Shown here one piece after another: positions 63,594-64,000 of a DNA stretch of 64,000 bases. Both the position numbers and the translations under genes were made by a program. A model generated the notes under the pieces. That model worked only from the letters and a program-made list of their open reading frames with translations, ran no database searches and was not told the origin of the DNA. This DNA is from Bacillota bacterium (GTDB lineage Bacteria > Bacillota > Clostridia > Lachnospirales > Lachnospiraceae): NCBI GenBank assembly GCA_023437365.1, contig JAEZGK010000003.1, positions 24,922-88,921 on the forward strand, given 5' to 3'. The first letter of the stretch is position 1. Each line of letters opens with the position of its first letter.

Positions 63594-64000
63594 ATGAATA
63601 AAAAATCCAATCATAACTCTAAAATACTTATCATCACAGCAATCCTTATGGTGGCAGCAGTTGTAGTGTTTCTGAATATCAATCCCAAAAAGGAGGCAAA
63701 GGAAGCAGCTTCCACAAAAATCACCAAGGTAACGGACAGCGATATTGTCATTCCTGTAGCCAATGTGAGCGAAACACCTACATTTTATCCTGCGACCATC
63801 AATGGAACAGATCTGGAGGTAATTGCGGTAAAAGCTTCGGATGGTACGATAAGAACCGCATTTAACACCTGCCAGGTATGTTACAGCTCAGGAAAAGGAT
63901 ACTATCAGATAGAGGGCGACAAGCTGGTTTGTCAGAATTGCGGAAATGCCTTTGGCATGGATGATGTGGAAGCAACCAAAGGCGGTTGTAATCCCGTGCC
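63594..64000 (+). CDS. DUF2318 family Fe-S membrane protein, partial (runs off window)
   Basis: Manual translation: TM anchor, AFNTCQVC..GYY..LVCQNCG..GGCNPVP. Confidence 0.85.
   Translation, partial: MNKKSNHNSKILIITAILMVAAVVVFLNINPKKEAKEAASTKITKVTDSDIVIPVANVSETPTFYPATINGTDLEVIAVKASDGTIRTAFNTCQVCYSSGKGYYQIEGDKLVCQNCGNAFGMDDVEATKGGCNPV

Overview
Chromosomal window from a low-GC, spore-forming Clostridia bacterium. A Lachnospiraceae-like origin is inferred from gene content only. Most of it is housekeeping and metabolism: glycine cleavage operon (gcvT-H-PA-PB-lplA-lpdA) under a tandem glycine riboswitch, nfnAB, PFOR (nifJ), iscR-iscS-iscU-mnmA, ligA, metA, gdhA, rqcH, a GH18 chitinase, three c-di-GMP enzymes and four tRNAs. 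The main accessory feature is a ~2.66 kb integrase-less micro-island (10661-13321) bounded by a 46-bp duplication of the tRNA-Thr(CGT) 3' end. It carries a zinc-ribbon membrane protein, a frameshifted excisionase and a PemK/MazF-like gene with no obvious protein antitoxin. That gene is preceded by a promoter, two covarying GAAGA-loop hairpin repeats 34 nt apart, and an intrinsic terminator, which is the layout of type III (RNA-antitoxin) systems. This is the best candidate for an under-described system. Other signals: a dispersed ~103-bp palindromic repeat, several short tandem repeats at promoters, a LexA-boxed radical SAM/DUF4130 pair, a possible ANTAR attenuator on gdhA, a MerR-type 19-bp-spacer promoter, a degenerate orphan ABC ATPase and small ORFs below the ORF-track cutoff. 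All calls come from reading motifs by eye; no database searches were run.
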